Below, piece after piece: positions 28,707 to 31,505 of a stretch of DNA of 31,505 bases (positions are counted from its first letter, which is position 1; each line of letters begins with the position of its first letter). The translations under genes were made by a program, and so were the position numbers. The notes under the pieces were generated by a model that was not told the origin of the DNA, searched no databases, and worked only from the letters and a program-made list of their open reading frames with translations. Source of the DNA: a virus (lineage: Duplodnaviria; Caudoviricetes); IMG/VR virus record IMGVR_UViG_3300046012_000437, positions 1 to 31,505 of that record; one strand, given 5' to 3'.

Positions 28707-31505
28707 ATGAAAAAATATCTCCTCTCGATAGCGCTGTTCTTTTTATCGGCGCTGCCGGCAGTTGCCCAAAGCAGCTATGTCGTCAAAGACGGCAATGGTA
28801 CTCTGCGTACTATTCATTCATTCGACTGCTCTTCGACCATTTGTCCAGGTTCAGTACCGATGGACTCAACTGGTGCAGCATTAGGTGTTACCACGAACCC
28901 ATTCTTCATGGCATTCGGCACTGGCGCAACATTGCCAGCATTTGCGGCAACGCCCACCTTCAATCTCGGCAACATCAACGGTGCACAGCCGAGTTTGTCC
29001 AATCCATTGTTCGTCACCCCTGCGACCGGCGCTTCATTCAATGTCGTCTGCACTAGCGGATGCTCTGGCGGCGGTGGCGGCGGATTGTCAGTGCCTTTTG
29101 CCGGTCCTATTGGGGCCAATGGCACTCCTGTCGGGTTCAAGGACGCTTCAGGAAACCTCCAGCCGTTGCTCGGTGACGTGACCAATGGTCAATGGGTAAA
29201 CATCAAGGCTTCAGTGTCACTTCCTGTCACTGGCACATTTTTCCAGGCGACACAACCGATTAGCGCTGCAAATCTGCCGCTCCCGACTGGTGCTGCCACT
29301 TCAGCGCTTCAAACGACCGGCAACACTTCACTCGGTAACATTGACACCAAGACGCCCGCATTAGGACAAGCCCTCTCAGCTGCCTCAACACCAGTGGTTC
29401 TCCCCGCTGCGCAAATAACCACCTTGACTCCGCCGACTTCGGTGGGTATCTCGGGTACCTTGCCCGCGTTTGCTGCTACACCCACCGTCAATCTCGGCAC
29501 TGTCGGCGGTATCGCCACTGCGGTCAATCAAACTAATGCGTCTCAGAAAACGCAGATCGTTGATGGTTCAGGCAACGTCATCGCTTCCACCACCAATGCG
29601 CTCAACGTCGCGATTGTTTCGGGTGGCGGCTCAGGTGGTACTGCGTCCGCATTCGCTGCGACGTTCCCAGCCCAAGGCACCGCTGTAGGCATGAGTCAAG
29701 GCGGCAATATGGTCGCCATGACCGGCACATCCGGCAATCTTAATGTCCAGTGCGCTAACTGTTCAGGTTCCGGCGTCAGTACCGCTGACCAAGCGACGTT
29801 CACGGCGGGATCATCGCTGTTCGCGGGTGGTGGCGGTTTCTTCCAGACCACAGCGACAAGCAATCCATTGACCACTGGTCAACAAGGTTTATTCCAAGTC
29901 ACTGCCAATCGCGCGCTGTTCTCAAACTTGCGTAATGCGGCGGGAGCTGAAGTAGGCGTCGCTGCTGTTCCATTGCAAGTATCGCTCGCAAACACCGCTG
30001 CGAACGCGACAGCCGTCAAAGTTGATGGCTCGGCTGTTACTCAGCCTGTATCGCTCGCGGCGAACCAATCTGTGAACCAAACGCAGATTAACGGCGTTGC
30101 TATACTTGCTGGCAACGGCGTGAGCGGCACTGGATCGCAACGTGTTACCATTGCGTCGGACAACACCGCATTCGCTGTTAACGCAACCGTGACGCAAGCA
30201 ACGGCTTCAAATCTGAAGGCGCAAGTTGATCCTCTCACCCCCGCGTCATGGGGAATTGCAACAGCTACGCAGAATAGTACGTCTGCCACTAATGGACAAT
30301 TGGTCCTCGGCCAGTTCAACACTTCCCCGACCACGATCACATCCGGCAATATGTCACCATTCCAATTGGACGCTTCAGGCAACTTGAGAGTTAACGTCGT
30401 CGCTGGTGGCACTGGTGGCGGTGCGATTACAGCAGCGTCAGGCGCTTTTGCGGCTGGTTCTATCAGCGCTGGTGCTTTTACCGGTGGTGCAATTGGGGTC
30501 GGTACTGCCCTTGATGGTTGGGATCAAACAGAAGGAGCCAAGGTCGATACTGCTTGCGCGACGGACAATGGAACTTGTAGTGTCACTTCCCTAATTAAAC
30601 GTACCAACCAAAATATAACCACATTGACCACCGCGTCAATTCCAGCGGGCGGTAATGTCATCGGAGCGTTGTCAGCCAATCAGTCTGTCAATGAAGCGCA
30701 GATCAATGGTGTCACTCCATTGATGGGCAATGGTGTTACAGGTACTGGTTCGCAACGTGTGACTATCGCATCAGACAACACTGCATTTTCCGTCAATGCC
30801 ACTCAAAGCGGCACATGGACTGTGCAGCCTGGTAACACAGCTAACAGCACGCCTTGGCTCGTGACCGTTTCTTCCGCGACCGCACCAGTCAGTACCATGA
30901 ACAGTGCGAGTGCCAACGCTGGTGTGACCGCCGCGAATTCATTTGTGTTCGATGACACCTCTCCAACCGCGATTACCGAAAACAATTTTGGTTATGGTCG
31001 TATGTCGGCCAATCGAAATCAGTACCACGTGATCCGTGACTCGGCAGGCAATGAGCGTGGAGCGAACGTCACAGCAGCCAATGCCTTGAATACTGACGTC
31101 TCATCGATTGCCGGCAATACTACACTCACTGGCAACGGTGCTACTGGCACAGGTTCGCAACGGGTTACCATCGCCAATGACAGTAGCGCGATTGCTGTAA
31201 AGGGCGAAGGTGCAACTGGGGCAACTGCACCGACTGGCGCTCAACTCTCTGGAGTTCAATCCGGCGCAAATATGGTGGCGATGATCCAAGCCAGCGCGTC
31301 GGCAGCGATCAGCGTTTCGACCGCGACCACTACTCAGCTTGTAGCGTTGTCGGGTAGCACCAAAATTTACATCACCTCCTTCGATGTCATCGCTGGCGGT
31401 ACCGGGAACATCACTTTTGTCTATGGCACCGGAGCGAGTTGTGGTACTGGCACCACGTCATTGACCGGAGCATATAACTTAACAGCACAATCCGGTATCG
31501 CCATT
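28707..31505 (+). CDS. large fibre-like Gly/Ala/Thr/Ser-rich protein with Sec-type signal peptide (3' partial, at least 933 aa)
   Basis: GAGG RBS; MKKYLLSIALFFLSALPAVA then QSSY; frame consistent at 30111, 30726 and 31131; no stop seen before the window end, hence absent from the ORF track. Confidence 0.8.
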   Translation, partial: MKKYLLSIALFFLSALPAVAQSSYVVKDGNGTLRTIHSFDCSSTICPGSVPMDSTGAALGVTTNPFFMAFGTGATLPAFAATPTFNLGNINGAQPSLSNPLFVTPATGASFNVVCTSGCSGGGGGGLSVPFAGPIGANGTPVGFKDASGNLQPLLGDVTNGQWVNIKASVSLPVTGTFFQATQPISAANLPLPTGAATSALQTTGNTSLGNIDTKTPALGQALSAASTPVVLPAAQITTLTPPTSVGISGTLPAFAATPTVNLGTVGGIATAVNQTNASQKTQIVDGSGNVIASTTNALNVAIVSGGGSGGTASAFAATFPAQGTAVGMSQGGNMVAMTGTSGNLNVQCANCSGSGVSTADQATFTAGSSLFAGGGGFFQTTATSNPLTTGQQGLFQVTANRALFSNLRNAAGAEVGVAAVPLQVSLANTAANATAVKVDGSAVTQPVSLAANQSVNQTQINGVAILAGNGVSGTGSQRVTIASDNTAFAVNATVTQATASNLKAQVDPLTPASWGIATATQNSTSATNGQLVLGQFNTSPTTITSGNMSPFQLDASGNLRVNVVAGGTGGGAITAASGAFAAGSISAGAFTGGAIGVGTALDGWDQTEGAKVDTACATDNGTCSVTSLIKRTNQNITTLTTASIPAGGNVIGALSANQSVNEAQINGVTPLMGNGVTGTGSQRVTIASDNTAFSVNATQSGTWTVQPGNTANSTPWLVTVSSATAPVSTMNSASANAGVTAANSFVFDDTSPTAITENNFGYGRMSANRNQYHVIRDSAGNERGANVTAANALNTDVSSIAGNTTLTGNGATGTGSQRVTIANDSSAIAVKGEGATGATAPTGAQLSGVQSGANMVAMIQASASAAISVSTATTTQLVALSGSTKIYITSFDVIAGGTGNITFVYGTGASCGTGTTSLTGAYNLTAQSGIAI
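30111..31181 (+). repeat. three dispersed GNGxxGTGSQRVTIAxD peptide repeats
   Basis: Copies start at 30111, 30726 and 31131. Confidence 0.8.

Noticed and set aside
1-31505. tRNA, rRNA, CRISPR array, integrase/att site, reverse transcriptase or DGR
   Set aside because: None recognised by eye; tRNAscan-SE or Infernal would be needed to exclude small RNAs. Lifestyle (temperate or lytic) cannot be decided from this window.
1-31505. Genome-wide stop-codon reassignment
   Set aside because: Long core genes are intact under the standard code, and TGA, TAA and TAG all end genes at coupled junctions.

Overview
This window is part of a tailed dsDNA phage (or prophage) genome, almost all coded on the + strand. 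GcrA-like, NusG-like and DUF3309-like genes point to an alphaproteobacterial host (inference). Positions 1-11.4 kb hold dense small accessory ORFs: a stand-alone WYL domain, four related HTH-like proteins, many membrane micro-proteins, thyX, gcrA-like and nusG-like genes. From 11.5 kb a late operon runs terS, terL, DUF1073-type portal, MuF/SPP1 gp7 head morphogenesis protein, DUF2213 protease/scaffold, decoration protein, DUF2184-type major capsid, head-completion genes and a large fibre-like ORF that leaves the window. Two things stand out. (1) The MuF gene carries a 270-aa intein with no recognisable endonuclease in its own frame, while the opposite strand, entirely inside the intein, encodes a 245-aa HTH plus DUF559/Vsr-like PD-(D/E)xK endonuclease with its own Shine-Dalgarno: a candidate antisense-encoded homing endonuclease. 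(2) Head proteins carry cargo modules: two ADP-ribosyltransferases on the portal, and NUDIX, HiPIP-like and kinase-like modules on the protease. A recurring small-x-D motif and a shared F-x-E-S-x-H-P-R...G-Q-F tag punctuate these modules, suggesting a cleave-and-package effector delivery system. All family assignments come from motif recognition by eye; no searches were run.
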